A stretch of DNA of 64,000 nucleotides from a virus (IMGVR_UViG_3300047317_001031:64001-128000), one strand, 5' to 3'; numbered from the stretch's first letter, positions 9,570 to 19,645 are shown. Program-made: numbers and translations. Notes: generated by a model from the sequence alone, not told the origin.

Positions 9570-10657
9570 GGATAACTTTCATCCTGGCAGATTCATTCGG
9601 TTGCGGGTATTTCCGAGCGATCGTTCCGGGAAAGGCGTTGCGTGAAAAGGGCCATGAAGTCCATTTTATTAACGATTGGAGAGACCCTAATGGAGTTAAT
9701 TGCGATGTTCTTGTAATGCAAAGGCAAGATTCGCAAGAGGCTATTAACGCAATAGGAGTGGCGCGATCTCGCGGCATAAAAGTTGTTCATGAGTTTGATG
9801 ATTCTTTCCATGTTCTCCCTACGACCAACCCGAACTATAAAGTTTACAGAACGGGAAGCGAAAACACGAAGAAGATGGAGACCGTTTGCCGTATGGCAGA
9901 TGCATTAATCGTTTCTACTCCCCGCTTACGGGAAGAATATGTGAGGTTCAATCCAAATGCCCATATTTGCTATAATGCGATAAATGATAGCGACTTGAAG
10001 AGATTTGGATATAATGGATTATCATCAGATTTCAAGCGGGAAGGTCAAATTCGGATAGGTTTCGCCGGGAGCGATACGCATAGAGGGGACTTCTCCATGA
10101 TCGTCAAGCCTCTCATACGGATATTCGACGAATTCACGAATGTTCGCATGGTATTCGTCGGAGCGGATATGAGAACGATGTTCCCTTTGGAGTATCGGCA
10201 CTGTGATCAAGTCGAATTTGCCGGTATAACGACAGGAAAGGCCTATGATCGGATAGCGGATATCGAAACGAAAGATTTAGCGACGCAAAAATACTATGAT
10301 CTTATCCATAGATCGGATTTTGATATAGCGGTTGCTCCGATCGAGAGCACGTCCTTCAACGCTCAGAAATCTGCGTTGAAGGAAATGGAGTACGGCATGC
10401 TCGGCATTCCAAGCATAGCGAGTAACTTTGGGCCGTACCGGCAGTATGTGAAGGAAGCCTCTGATCGCATATGCTTGCTCGCAGACGATGAGAAGCAGTG
10501 GTATCGGCATATTAAGGCGCTTATTGAGGATGCGTCTTTACGTGAATCGCTTATCCGTGCTAATCTCGAATACGTGAAAAGCCGTCATCTCATATCGGAT
10601 CGTGTAGAACAATGGGAACGGGTTTTTGAATCGCTTCTTAAGAAGAATGTCGCATGA
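9566..10657 (+). CDS. GT-B glycosyltransferase (GT4-like)
   Basis: GCGYFRAIVPG, EFDDSFH, RIGFAGSDTH, FNAQKSALKEMEYGMLGIP. Confidence 0.85.
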   Translation: MRITFILADSFGCGYFRAIVPGKALREKGHEVHFINDWRDPNGVNCDVLVMQRQDSQEAINAIGVARSRGIKVVHEFDDSFHVLPTTNPNYKVYRTGSENTKKMETVCRMADALIVSTPRLREEYVRFNPNAHICYNAINDSDLKRFGYNGLSSDFKREGQIRIGFAGSDTHRGDFSMIVKPLIRIFDEFTNVRMVFVGADMRTMFPLEYRHCDQVEFAGITTGKAYDRIADIETKDLATQKYYDLIHRSDFDIAVAPIESTSFNAQKSALKEMEYGMLGIPSIASNFGPYRQYVKEASDRICLLADDEKQWYRHIKALIEDASLRESLIRANLEYVKSRHLISDRVEQWERVFESLLKKNVA

Positions 10658-11121
10658 GTGAAATGCCTCTTCCCGATTTCAACTATATCACTGATCGCTT
10701 CCTTATAGGGGGGTATGTCAAGAGTCATGGTCAGGCGAAGGGATTGGTCGGACTTGGCGTGACGCATGTTGTGAATGTGGATGAAGAGACGATGCCGGAT
10801 GAACTGGAATATCCCGCATGGCGTAGGGTTTCTTATCTGTACGCTCCGACCCCGGATGACCATAAAGGGAAGCCGCTGGAGTGGTTCGCGAAGATCGTTC
10901 CTTTCGTTTTGCATGCAGTTTCGAAGCCGAGAACCAAGATATATGGACATTGTGCCGCCGGGATAAGTCGAAGCGCGCTTCTATGGTATTCGGTTTTCCG
11001 TGCTCTTGGAATGAAAAAGGAGGAGATAGAGCCATTTATGATTTCGAAGAGATCAGTCGCGTTTTGGCCTGAATATCGTAAGAGCGCGGAAGATGCACTC
11101 AAGCAATTGGGGTATACATAA
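10654..11121 (+). CDS. dual-specificity/tyrosine phosphatase family protein
   Basis: HCAAGISRS = HCxxGxxRS active-site loop. Confidence 0.88.
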   Translation: MSEMPLPDFNYITDRFLIGGYVKSHGQAKGLVGLGVTHVVNVDEETMPDELEYPAWRRVSYLYAPTPDDHKGKPLEWFAKIVPFVLHAVSKPRTKIYGHCAAGISRSALLWYSVFRALGMKKEEIEPFMISKRSVAFWPEYRKSAEDALKQLGYT

Positions 11122-11714
11122 TGGGGAAATTCCCGGAGAGCGCGCTTGCGCATGAACTCCTTGACGGGCTAGACGGGGTTGAGATAGGCGGCGGCGCTCA
11201 CAACCCTTTCAGTATCCCTGGATGCAAAAACGTAAACTGGACGGATCAGCATAATCTCTGCACCGATGAGGAAATAAGGCTCTGCGGAGAATTTCTCCCG
11301 GTTGATATCGTCGCCGATGCCGGATCGCTTCCATTCAATGATGCGAGCCTCGGATATATTATCAGTTGTCATCAAATTGAGCATATGTGGGATACCATAG
11401 GGACTCTCAAGGAGTATTGGCGGGTTATCCGTCCAGGCGGCTATCTTTTCATGGTCGTGCCCCACAAGGATCGCTGCGAGCCGGATAGCACGATGGAGAC
11501 GACGACGATTGAGGAACTTGAGAAGCGGTATAACGGAGAGATCCCGGTCCCGGAAGACTATGGTCCGCATGGCTTTTATGGGCATCGTTCGTATTGGAGA
11601 ACGGCGGATTTCATTGCCTTAGTTGAGCATTTGGGGATGAAAGTTTATCGGTATTTAGAGATTTGCGATAAGGTACCGAACGGATTTACAGTAGTAATTA
11701 GAAAGCCTTATTGA
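11121..11714 (+). CDS. class I SAM-dependent methyltransferase
   Basis: GVEIGGG; DAGSLPFND..LGYIISCHQIEH; RVIRPGG. Confidence 0.85.
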   Translation: MGKFPESALAHELLDGLDGVEIGGGAHNPFSIPGCKNVNWTDQHNLCTDEEIRLCGEFLPVDIVADAGSLPFNDASLGYIISCHQIEHMWDTIGTLKEYWRVIRPGGYLFMVVPHKDRCEPDSTMETTTIEELEKRYNGEIPVPEDYGPHGFYGHRSYWRTADFIALVEHLGMKVYRYLEICDKVPNGFTVVIRKPY

Positions 11715-11831
11715 CGTAAGCATAAAAATGGCGTAACATTTGCCTGTAAGGGAACGCGCCGCAACTGCAACGTGAGCGACGTTTTTGTGACTAATTAGCG
11801 TCGTAATTATTGCGCTATCGGGGAAATTTGA

Positions 11832-13787
11832 TTGAGCGAAGTCGAGTATGCCGAAGAAGAAATTGCCATGCTCCCCATGCAAGAGAAGATGTTCTTCTAT
11901 GATGAAATTTGGGGAGGAATGCGAGGCGGACAAGGTTGCCAACCCGCAGGTTCGTTAGTTCTTCTCGCGAGCGGCAAATGGAAAGACGTTAAATATGTAA
12001 ACCCCGGCGACATGCTCTTGTCTCCGCAACATGACGGATCAATGATCCCGGCAACCGTTGAAGAAGTATATCGTTACGAAAATTCTCCTATTTATGAAGT
12101 AATTACGACGCACAGTGATATAGAAACATACCGTTATATTTGCTCGGGAGATCATATTCTTCCTATAAGGTTACGCCATGAAAAAGGTCTCTGCGAAATA
12201 GGCGTTAAGGCGTATTACGATATGCCTGATGCGAAGAAACCGCTAGGGAAGATATTTGGCATTTCTCATAGAGATAGCAAAAAGATAAAGCATTATAGGT
12301 TTTTGGTTCGTCCCGTTGGGAATTCTACGGTCTACGGATTCACGCTTAACTCTCCGTCAAGTTGGTACGTCACGGACGGGAACCTCATTACGCATAATAG
12401 CGGGAAGTCGCTTGTAAATGCATACTGGCTTTGGCTCCGTCGCATGGAAGAGTATCCGAAGAGCAACTTTGTAGCGGTCGGGGCTACCTATCAGCAGTTG
12501 CGTGAGGGGTTCTTCGCCGGGTTCGTCAACATGCTCGTGAAGCGCGGTCTTGAAGAAGATATCGACTTCATGTATCGGGGAAGCCCGAGGCCATGGATAA
12601 AACTTCTCTACTCCGGTGCAAAGTTACATAGTTGGTCTGCGGATATCGTCTCTCGCGTCCGCGGCACGAGCGTTCAAACTATTATTTTAGAAGAACCTCA
12701 GACATGGGGGAAAAACGCTGAAGCCGCTTGGATTTCCGTTCAGGGTCGGTTACGCCCCAACGAATTAACGAAGCAAATATATCCTGATTTAGTTCCGCAA
12801 GGTAGGTTATCGTTTAACCCTACGGACGTCGGTCCTGGGCATTGGTTATACGATATGCTCGAAAACCGTTGGCCGAAAGAAGGCTGGGTTTGCGAGCGTA
12901 TGAGCACGCGCGACAACACGCTGCTCCTTGACGATGACCCGGATTATATTCGCAAACTCGAAGCCTCCATGTCGCCCGATCGTTGGCCGATTGAAATCGA
13001 CGGCGAGTACGCGACGTTCGGCGGAGAAATATATCGCGGGTTCCGACCTGCTATCCACGGCGTATGGAAAGATGGGCTTCCGCTCATCGCGCTTGATAAA
13101 ACGAAGCCGATCTTGTGGACGTTGGACTTCAACATTGGTTGGATGTCGAGCGTCGTCGCTCAGGCGCACACGCAGACGCAAATCGTGACGGGATACGAGC
13201 CGAGGCTAAACTTGCCTCCGAACCCGATCATCGCGAATTTCATGCCGGATTGGCAGCGGAACATTTTCGTCGTCTTGGACGAATTCTTCTTGCGTAATTC
13301 TACGGTGCGCGATGCGACGAACGCATTCCTCTCCTCTCCATACGGAGAACATGCGAAAGAACTCTCTCGTCAAGGGCACGTCGGCGTACGCCTCTACGGC
13401 GACTCCACGGGCGGCAATCGCAATCAACAGACAGCGCTTTCCAATTGGGAAGTGGTCATGAGCGAATTGCACGATGCCGGCATTCGCATGGACGTCCGTG
13501 TCCCGCATAACCCGAGCGAACTAGATCGCGTCAATGCGATGAACGATCAGTTCCAAACGGGCGAAGGATACGGGTTGCTTGTTGATCTCAACAAATGTGA
13601 GAACCTCATACGAGACTGGCAAGGAGTCAAACGTAAAATCGGAACGAATGAAATAGATAAGAGTGATAAAAGCGAATCCGGGTTACGTTTAACGCATTTG
13701 AGCGATTCCATGGGGTATCTCGTCTATGTTGAAAGACGACTCGCAAAGCGTGAGCCGATCAAATTCCTTGATTTTATAAACAGATAA
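11832..13787 (+). CDS. terL: terminase large subunit (intein-containing)
   Basis: Splicing restores Walker A GGQGSGKS; IILEE Walker B; TLDFN, GDSTG and HLSDSMGY nuclease motifs; next to portal. Confidence 0.9.
   Translation: MSEVEYAEEEIAMLPMQEKMFFYDEIWGGMRGGQGCQPAGSLVLLASGKWKDVKYVNPGDMLLSPQHDGSMIPATVEEVYRYENSPIYEVITTHSDIETYRYICSGDHILPIRLRHEKGLCEIGVKAYYDMPDAKKPLGKIFGISHRDSKKIKHYRFLVRPVGNSTVYGFTLNSPSSWYVTDGNLITHNSGKSLVNAYWLWLRRMEEYPKSNFVAVGATYQQLREGFFAGFVNMLVKRGLEEDIDFMYRGSPRPWIKLLYSGAKLHSWSADIVSRVRGTSVQTIILEEPQTWGKNAEAAWISVQGRLRPNELTKQIYPDLVPQGRLSFNPTDVGPGHWLYDMLENRWPKEGWVCERMSTRDNTLLLDDDPDYIRKLEASMSPDRWPIEIDGEYATFGGEIYRGFRPAIHGVWKDGLPLIALDKTKPILWTLDFNIGWMSSVVAQAHTQTQIVTGYEPRLNLPPNPIIANFMPDWQRNIFVVLDEFFLRNSTVRDATNAFLSSPYGEHAKELSRQGHVGVRLYGDSTGGNRNQQTALSNWEVVMSELHDAGIRMDVRVPHNPSELDRVNAMNDQFQTGEGYGLLVDLNKCENLIRDWQGVKRKIGTNEIDKSDKSESGLRLTHLSDSMGYLVYVERRLAKREPIKFLDFINR
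11937..12398 (+). mobile_element. mini-intein (154 aa, no endonuclease) in TerL Walker A
   Basis: Starts CQPAGSLVLLASG; block B CSGDH; ends NLITHN followed by Ser+1. Confidence 0.9.
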
Positions 13788-13813
13788 AGAAATTTGTAAG
13801 TTGGAGATTAAAA

Positions 13814-14302
13814 TTGTTCGAAGAAATACTTAACGCAGAACTTGAGGCGGAAAATATCCTCAACAACATCATGCCGACGATCGAGCAGGGCGTTGAGAAC
13901 CATTTCCGACGCAATGCCCCCTCCTGTTCTCGCATGGAATGGGATCGTCATTCTATGACGGCATATGCAAAAATTCCCGGCAAGGAAGAAGTTCTCGTCT
14001 ATGCGACGAGTTCACATTATCAGTTTAACGAGGATGCTTCTCAAGAACGGATGCAGCTAGAGATTCTTCACCAAACTGCCGAGTATGCCGGAATGCTTTG
14101 CTTAAAGTATCTCGCACAAACGCTAGTGGACGAATCGGAACATCGCGGAGAAATTGACTGCTATTTCGAACGTCTTAGTTTCGGATATCATTTTCTTGGA
14201 GAACGTAGCGTTCCGATTTATGCGTCAATAACGGAGCCTAATGTTTTGAACCAACTTTCATTTCAGAAAAACCAGCATCTCCTAAAACATATCGTTTCCT
14301 AA
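13814..14302 (+). CDS. hypothetical protein
   Basis: TTG start with GGAG RBS. Confidence 0.6.
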   Translation: MFEEILNAELEAENILNNIMPTIEQGVENHFRRNAPSCSRMEWDRHSMTAYAKIPGKEEVLVYATSSHYQFNEDASQERMQLEILHQTAEYAGMLCLKYLAQTLVDESEHRGEIDCYFERLSFGYHFLGERSVPIYASITEPNVLNQLSFQKNQHLLKHIVS

Positions 14303-14355
14303 ACCACTAACTCGTGCGCCGATGAGCGCGCTTTCTTACTCCTGGAGGGAATACC

Positions 14356-15171
14356 GTGTCTCAGTCACCGCTCACCGGCCCATACAACGCGACCGAATAC
14401 CTCGGCACGACGCCTTGGTTCCCGCAGGGAATCGTAACTGATCCCAATACTACTGGAATCAAATATCTCTACGATGCGAGCACGTCGCCGGCCGCCGTAG
14501 GATCATTGCTCGTTCTCGGAAGTGCCGATACGTGGGCACAGAGTTCCGTAACGGGCGCTTCCTATGCTCCCAATACGTTCGGCATCGTGACGGTTGCCGC
14601 AACTGGCGTAGGAGCTCAGGCAACGCTACAAACCGGCGGGATGGTCAATGCGACTTGCACGACCCAATCCGTAGCGCTCGCTGCCGGTTCTCCGCTTATT
14701 TCCGATGGTTCCGGATACCTTACGACCCCATCGCCGAGTATCGCTCCGTCATCCGCGACGGCGACGGCACAAGTAACCGGCTCAAGCACCGTGACGTATC
14801 TCGCGTATGCACGCAATGCTTATACATTAGATTCCGTCGCCTCGTCAGGTATTACGACGACGACCGCTCCTGCGACGATTACTTCAGGTAACCCGATCGC
14901 CGTTGCGGGAACCGTCCCAGCCGGAACGACGAGCGTCATTATCGTCCGATCTGCCGGCGGCGCCTCACAGGGGGTTATCGGACAAGCGAGCGTCGCGCCT
15001 GGGCAAACGAAGTTCAATTTCTTGGATTGGGGACAGGCGGCTGGAGCAGCGACGTATACCCCGAACGCAACGCCGAGTTTCGTGCCGGGACAGCTTCTCG
15101 GGTTCTCGCTTGGAGCACTCGCTGGATCTTCGGCGGCGACAAGCGTTAGCGTCTTGATCGCGGGACGTTAA
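14356..15171 (+). CDS. putative capsid decoration/virion protein
   Basis: Ser/Thr/Gly-rich beta protein in the head module; GGAGG RBS. Confidence 0.6.
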   Translation: MSQSPLTGPYNATEYLGTTPWFPQGIVTDPNTTGIKYLYDASTSPAAVGSLLVLGSADTWAQSSVTGASYAPNTFGIVTVAATGVGAQATLQTGGMVNATCTTQSVALAAGSPLISDGSGYLTTPSPSIAPSSATATAQVTGSSTVTYLAYARNAYTLDSVASSGITTTTAPATITSGNPIAVAGTVPAGTTSVIIVRSAGGASQGVIGQASVAPGQTKFNFLDWGQAAGAATYTPNATPSFVPGQLLGFSLGALAGSSAATSVSVLIAGR

Positions 15172-15179
15172 TCTCCCAG

Positions 15180-15572
15180 ATGCTGAAAAACATGCGCGTA
15201 GCGGCGGCTTCGGTCATCGCTACGCTTGTTTTGTCCATGCAGCCGGTAGCGGCTCAATACAATCAGCAAGGAGCCGGAGAACTTCCTGTTACGCTTGGCA
15301 TAAATGTAACGGTCATCGCGGCGGGGACAAATACGTCGTGCAAGGTCGAATACGTCTATCCGAAGACGATTCACAAGATCTTTAGCGCAGCGGTGAGCGA
15401 AACGGCGACGGTCTCGCTTTATAACGATCAGACATGCACTGCGGCTGATCTCATATGGAGCGGCGTTCCGAGTAATACGGTTCCGGTTTGGATCGACGTG
15501 CCGTTTTCAAATGCATGGTCGGTTAAAACAAGCGGAGCAACCGTCAATAATACGATCATAACAACGAATTGA
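15180..15572 (+). CDS. signal-peptide-bearing beta-sandwich protein
   Basis: MLKNMRVAAASVIATLVLSMQPVAA: basic n-region, hydrophobic core, VAA cleavage site. Confidence 0.65.
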   Translation: MLKNMRVAAASVIATLVLSMQPVAAQYNQQGAGELPVTLGINVTVIAAGTNTSCKVEYVYPKTIHKIFSAAVSETATVSLYNDQTCTAADLIWSGVPSNTVPVWIDVPFSNAWSVKTSGATVNNTIITTN

Positions 15573-15587
15573 TTCATCGAGGCATTT

Positions 15588-17225
15588 GTGGGCTATCGTG
15601 AGATAAAGGGGAAAATCAAGTACCCGAAAGGCACGACGGAACGATACAAGCGCCTTGACGCATATGATCGTCTCCGCGAAGGAACGCTCTACGACCATAT
15701 CCGCACGCCTTTTGATTGCGAAGAAGAGGGCGGACAGTATATCCGCATGCGTGAGCGCCGCCCTTCTATCATATGGCAATGCCCGCGGCTTATCGTTGAT
15801 CAGCTTTCCGGTCTGCTTTGGGGCGACGAGCAGATGCCGATCGTCCGTACGTATTACGGAGAAGAACCGACCGACGAAGACAAGGCAGCAGAAGACGGCA
15901 TTCAGCACCTCGTAGAAATTCTTAATCTTGACGCTGTTATGGACGAGATTACGGAAAAGGCTTCGTCTGGAAGCGCAGCCGTCGTTTTACGCGCAGTTGA
16001 AGGGATCGAGGGAGACGGAAACGATCCGTATATAGAGATCATTCCTGGTAAAGAATGCAAGCCGACATTTGATCCGAAAAATCCGAAGAAACTCGTAAAA
16101 ATAGAACAACTCTATCCGACGACGGGGCAAGCGCTTCGAGATATCGGATACGATAAGGATGTTATCCCGGACGAGGAACTTGATAAGGATTTTTGGTTCC
16201 GGTTGGAGATTGACGATAAAGAAGAAATCCGTTACTTCCCCATGCGTTCCGACCGTTACGAACGTCTTGGACAAATCGAAGGCGGCAAGAAAATAGAATG
16301 GGAAATTGATAAGGAAAATTCCATAGCGCACGAATGGCCCGCGCTTCCCGTTATCTGGGTAAAGGGTCCCAAGGGAAATCGTATCGACGGCGACTGCCTC
16401 TACGGTTCCATCATTGATATCCTAGTTGAAATTGACTACTCGCTCTCGCAGATCGGGCGAGGATACCGCTACACGGCAGATCCGATGCTCGCCTACAAGC
16501 GGGGAGAATTACGTCAAGGCGTTATCCCGGCAGCTTTTGATAATGTTGAGGATCGTACTCAGCGTGACGAAAACGGCCAAGTCATCAAGTCGCCGAACAA
16601 CGTGCTTGATATCGAACCGGGCGGCGATGCGAAGTACCTTGAGATAAGCGGCGACGGCCTTAAATCGTCTGGAGAATTCGTCAAGCTTCTTCGCGAGTGG
16701 GGGCTTGAAATCTGCGGCGGCATGAAGTCCGATGCGGAGACGACGAGCGGCGTCCAAAGCGGACGAGCTCTCGAAATTCTCTACCAAGCGCTGATCCTGG
16801 TCATCAAGCGGTGGCGCGTAGCGGTCGGCAATGGCGCTTTCCTCCCTCTTATCCGCATGTTGCTTACCGGGATGGAAGACGGCGTGATAACCGTCAACGG
16901 CGTTGATTCTCTTGATCCGAAAACGACCATGCGGCTTGTTTGGCCCCAGTGGATGACGCCTAGCGGCTCAGACCTCTTGGCATCGGCTCAAGCTTGGCAG
17001 TCGCTTGCGGGCGGCTCCGCTACGGCTCCCGTTCCGATCTTGCCGCGTATGACCGTGACGAGAATCGCGGGAAGCAACCTCGGCATGCCGGACGTTTCGA
17101 CGCTTATCAAGACGTTGGAAAAACAGAACAACGATGATGACGCAGATCAACTCGAATCCGAGGATCGCGCTCATCAGCGTCAAGTCGAGATTAAAAAAGT
17201 ATCCACAAAACCTAAGATCATATAG
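15588..17225 (+). CDS. portal protein
   Basis: 545 aa between terminase and scaffold; SGVQSGRALEILY motif typical of SPP1-like portals. Confidence 0.85.
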   Translation: MGYREIKGKIKYPKGTTERYKRLDAYDRLREGTLYDHIRTPFDCEEEGGQYIRMRERRPSIIWQCPRLIVDQLSGLLWGDEQMPIVRTYYGEEPTDEDKAAEDGIQHLVEILNLDAVMDEITEKASSGSAAVVLRAVEGIEGDGNDPYIEIIPGKECKPTFDPKNPKKLVKIEQLYPTTGQALRDIGYDKDVIPDEELDKDFWFRLEIDDKEEIRYFPMRSDRYERLGQIEGGKKIEWEIDKENSIAHEWPALPVIWVKGPKGNRIDGDCLYGSIIDILVEIDYSLSQIGRGYRYTADPMLAYKRGELRQGVIPAAFDNVEDRTQRDENGQVIKSPNNVLDIEPGGDAKYLEISGDGLKSSGEFVKLLREWGLEICGGMKSDAETTSGVQSGRALEILYQALILVIKRWRVAVGNGAFLPLIRMLLTGMEDGVITVNGVDSLDPKTTMRLVWPQWMTPSGSDLLASAQAWQSLAGGSATAPVPILPRMTVTRIAGSNLGMPDVSTLIKTLEKQNNDDDADQLESEDRAHQRQVEIKKVSTKPKII

Positions 17226-17242
17226 GAGATCAGAACTAACGT

Positions 17243-18022
17243 ATGGACCCCGAAAAAACTTCGTCCGAGACGACGGAAACAACGCAAGCTACTGAATCCA
17301 CGAAGGAGACGGGGCAAAAAGGCGCTGAGTCCGTAAAGCATGAGCAAGGGAAGACCGACTCTACCACTCAAGCCGCCACTACGACGAAAAAGACCGAAAC
17401 AGAATCGTCGGTTAGCGAATATGAGAAGCAACTCCGCAAAGAGAACGAAAATGAGCGTAAGAAACGCCAAGACGTAGAACGACGTGCGGATGATGCTGAA
17501 AAAGAACTTAAAGAACTCAAAAAGTACAAAGAAGATCAAGAAAACGCAGAACTCGCTGCGCAGAAGAAGCATGAGGAAATCGCCTCAAAGGAACGCAAAG
17601 CGCGCGAGAAAATCGAAAAAGAACTCGAAGAAGAACGGAAAGTCAACAAGCGAGAGAGACTCCTTGACCGCGCTGAAACGTTCGCCGCGAAACTCGGAAT
17701 CCTTGATGAGTATGTCGAGGATCTACGCGCATCGCTAGAGCGTAAGGCCGACAAGGAAGACATCACATTCGATGCGCTTTCCGAACTTGTCGAGGGATAT
17801 AAACAATCGAAACCCCGTTGGTTCAAAGACGAAGAAGTGAAAAACGAAACCACCAAAACCACGACCGAAACCAAAAGCAAGACCGAAGAAGAGAAAAAGA
17901 AAGCTACCTCTTCAGCAACTCCGTTACGGAAAGACGCCGGCACGGAAGCAAAAGTTGACCATAAGGCATTGGACAAGAATGATTGGACAAAACTTATGGC
18001 TTCCTACGGCGTAAGAGCCTAA
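17243..18022 (+). CDS. capsid scaffolding protein
   Basis: Highly charged coiled coil directly upstream of the capsid gene. Confidence 0.8.
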   Translation: MDPEKTSSETTETTQATESTKETGQKGAESVKHEQGKTDSTTQAATTTKKTETESSVSEYEKQLRKENENERKKRQDVERRADDAEKELKELKKYKEDQENAELAAQKKHEEIASKERKAREKIEKELEEERKVNKRERLLDRAETFAAKLGILDEYVEDLRASLERKADKEDITFDALSELVEGYKQSKPRWFKDEEVKNETTKTTTETKSKTEEEKKKATSSATPLRKDAGTEAKVDHKALDKNDWTKLMASYGVRA

Positions 18023-18241
18023 AGATAGATAACCCGTTCCTCTCAAAAGAAGAGGAACAGAGTGACGTTACGTTTTCGCCGTCAATGGGCGCAGAGTAAC
18101 GCAAAACCGACCATGCGAGCATAAGGGTGTTCGCATCATGCGTTGTAGCCGTTAGATACGGATTGCTTTCGCATGGAACCGATAAGCGGCTGATCCGATG
18201 AGGCTTTAACCCTGATTGATTTCTTCTCAGGAGTTTTCCTC

Positions 18242-19645
18242 ATGCCCATTGATAATGTGCCGGCCGTTCAAGACATCATCGAACAGCAGAACCTCTTGGA
18301 GCGGCTCTTCCACGACCCGCTAGAGGCGAATCTTGCCTATTCCAAGTTCGCGGACGATGAGATGTTTCCAAACGGCATCGGTGAAACGCTCACCAAGACA
18401 CGCCCGGCTCTGTTCCCGCTTTCGGCTGCGATGACGCCGATCAACCCGGCAAGCAATACCGGCTTGGATAACGGATTGACGAACAATTACTATGCGTTCG
18501 AGCAATACATCCTCCCGATCAATCTGTATGCATTGACGACCAACGTCAACATCATGCAAGATCGCACGCTCATCCGACGCATCTTCCTCCAGAACTATCA
18601 ACAGCTCGGAGAAAATGCCGGTCGTACGATGGACGGTCTCTGCTCGCAGTTCATCCATACGGCGTATGATTCCGGTAACACCTTCGCTACGCAAACGGTG
18701 AGTAGCGGAACGACGTTGACGGTTGATAACGCAGTCGGTTTCGATACGGCTTTCAATTCCAACGCAGGTCAGTCTCCGGGTTCTCCGACGACGACTTCCT
18801 CAAGCAACCCCGTGACGGTGACGGTCTACAACGGAACGAGCGGAGCGGTAAAGGGGACCTTGACGGTTACCGGCGTTGCGTTTGATTCGGTCAACACCTC
18901 AACGGCGAACGTCGGAACGGGTCCCACGGCTATCGCATACGGCAAATCCGGTACGCTCACGTTCTCGGCGACGATCGGGATCACGATTTCTGCGAACGAT
19001 AACATCGTTGCATCAGACGGATCATTCGTCGAACGCCCGAACGGAAAGCTCACGCGTGCGGCTCTCGTAAGTTCCGATACGCTAAAGCTTATTGACTTCG
19101 GAAACGCTGCGGCGAAGCTCCACTCGCGAAATGTTCCGAAACTCCCTAGCGGAATGTATGGGGCGATCATTGATCCGGCACTATGGCCGCAACTCTTGAG
19201 CGATAACGCGTTCAACTTCGCAACCATGGGCCAAATGGGCGAGGGATACTTCAAGAACGGTATGGTTTCTCGTACCCTCGGTATGGAATTCGTATCATCC
19301 AACATGATCCCGAATTACTCCATCCCGAGTTCCAACCTCCGTGCACGTCACTGCGTCGTCGGCGGAATGGGGATGCTCATCAAGGGGACCTTCCAAGGTT
19401 CGATTGATGCGGCTAGACAGGCGAACACGATGCAGAATGCCGATATACGGCTTATTGAGGACGCAAAGATCGCCCTCATTACCCGCGGACCGATCGACGT
19501 TCTCCAACAGGTCGTGTCGCAAACCTGGGAGTGGGTCGGCGGATTCGTTGTTCCGACAGACTTCACCTCAACGCCCGCGATCATCCCGACAACCGACTAC
19601 GCACGTTACAAGCGCGCCGTGGTCATCGAGGTCGCATCACTCTAA
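18242..19645 (+). CDS. major capsid protein
   Basis: 467 aa after scaffold; GETLTKTRP, E-loop-like N-half, GMEFVSSN; Ser/Thr-rich internal insertion. Confidence 0.85.
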   Translation: MPIDNVPAVQDIIEQQNLLERLFHDPLEANLAYSKFADDEMFPNGIGETLTKTRPALFPLSAAMTPINPASNTGLDNGLTNNYYAFEQYILPINLYALTTNVNIMQDRTLIRRIFLQNYQQLGENAGRTMDGLCSQFIHTAYDSGNTFATQTVSSGTTLTVDNAVGFDTAFNSNAGQSPGSPTTTSSSNPVTVTVYNGTSGAVKGTLTVTGVAFDSVNTSTANVGTGPTAIAYGKSGTLTFSATIGITISANDNIVASDGSFVERPNGKLTRAALVSSDTLKLIDFGNAAAKLHSRNVPKLPSGMYGAIIDPALWPQLLSDNAFNFATMGQMGEGYFKNGMVSRTLGMEFVSSNMIPNYSIPSSNLRARHCVVGGMGMLIKGTFQGSIDAARQANTMQNADIRLIEDAKIALITRGPIDVLQQVVSQTWEWVGGFVVPTDFTSTPAIIPTTDYARYKRAVVIEVASL

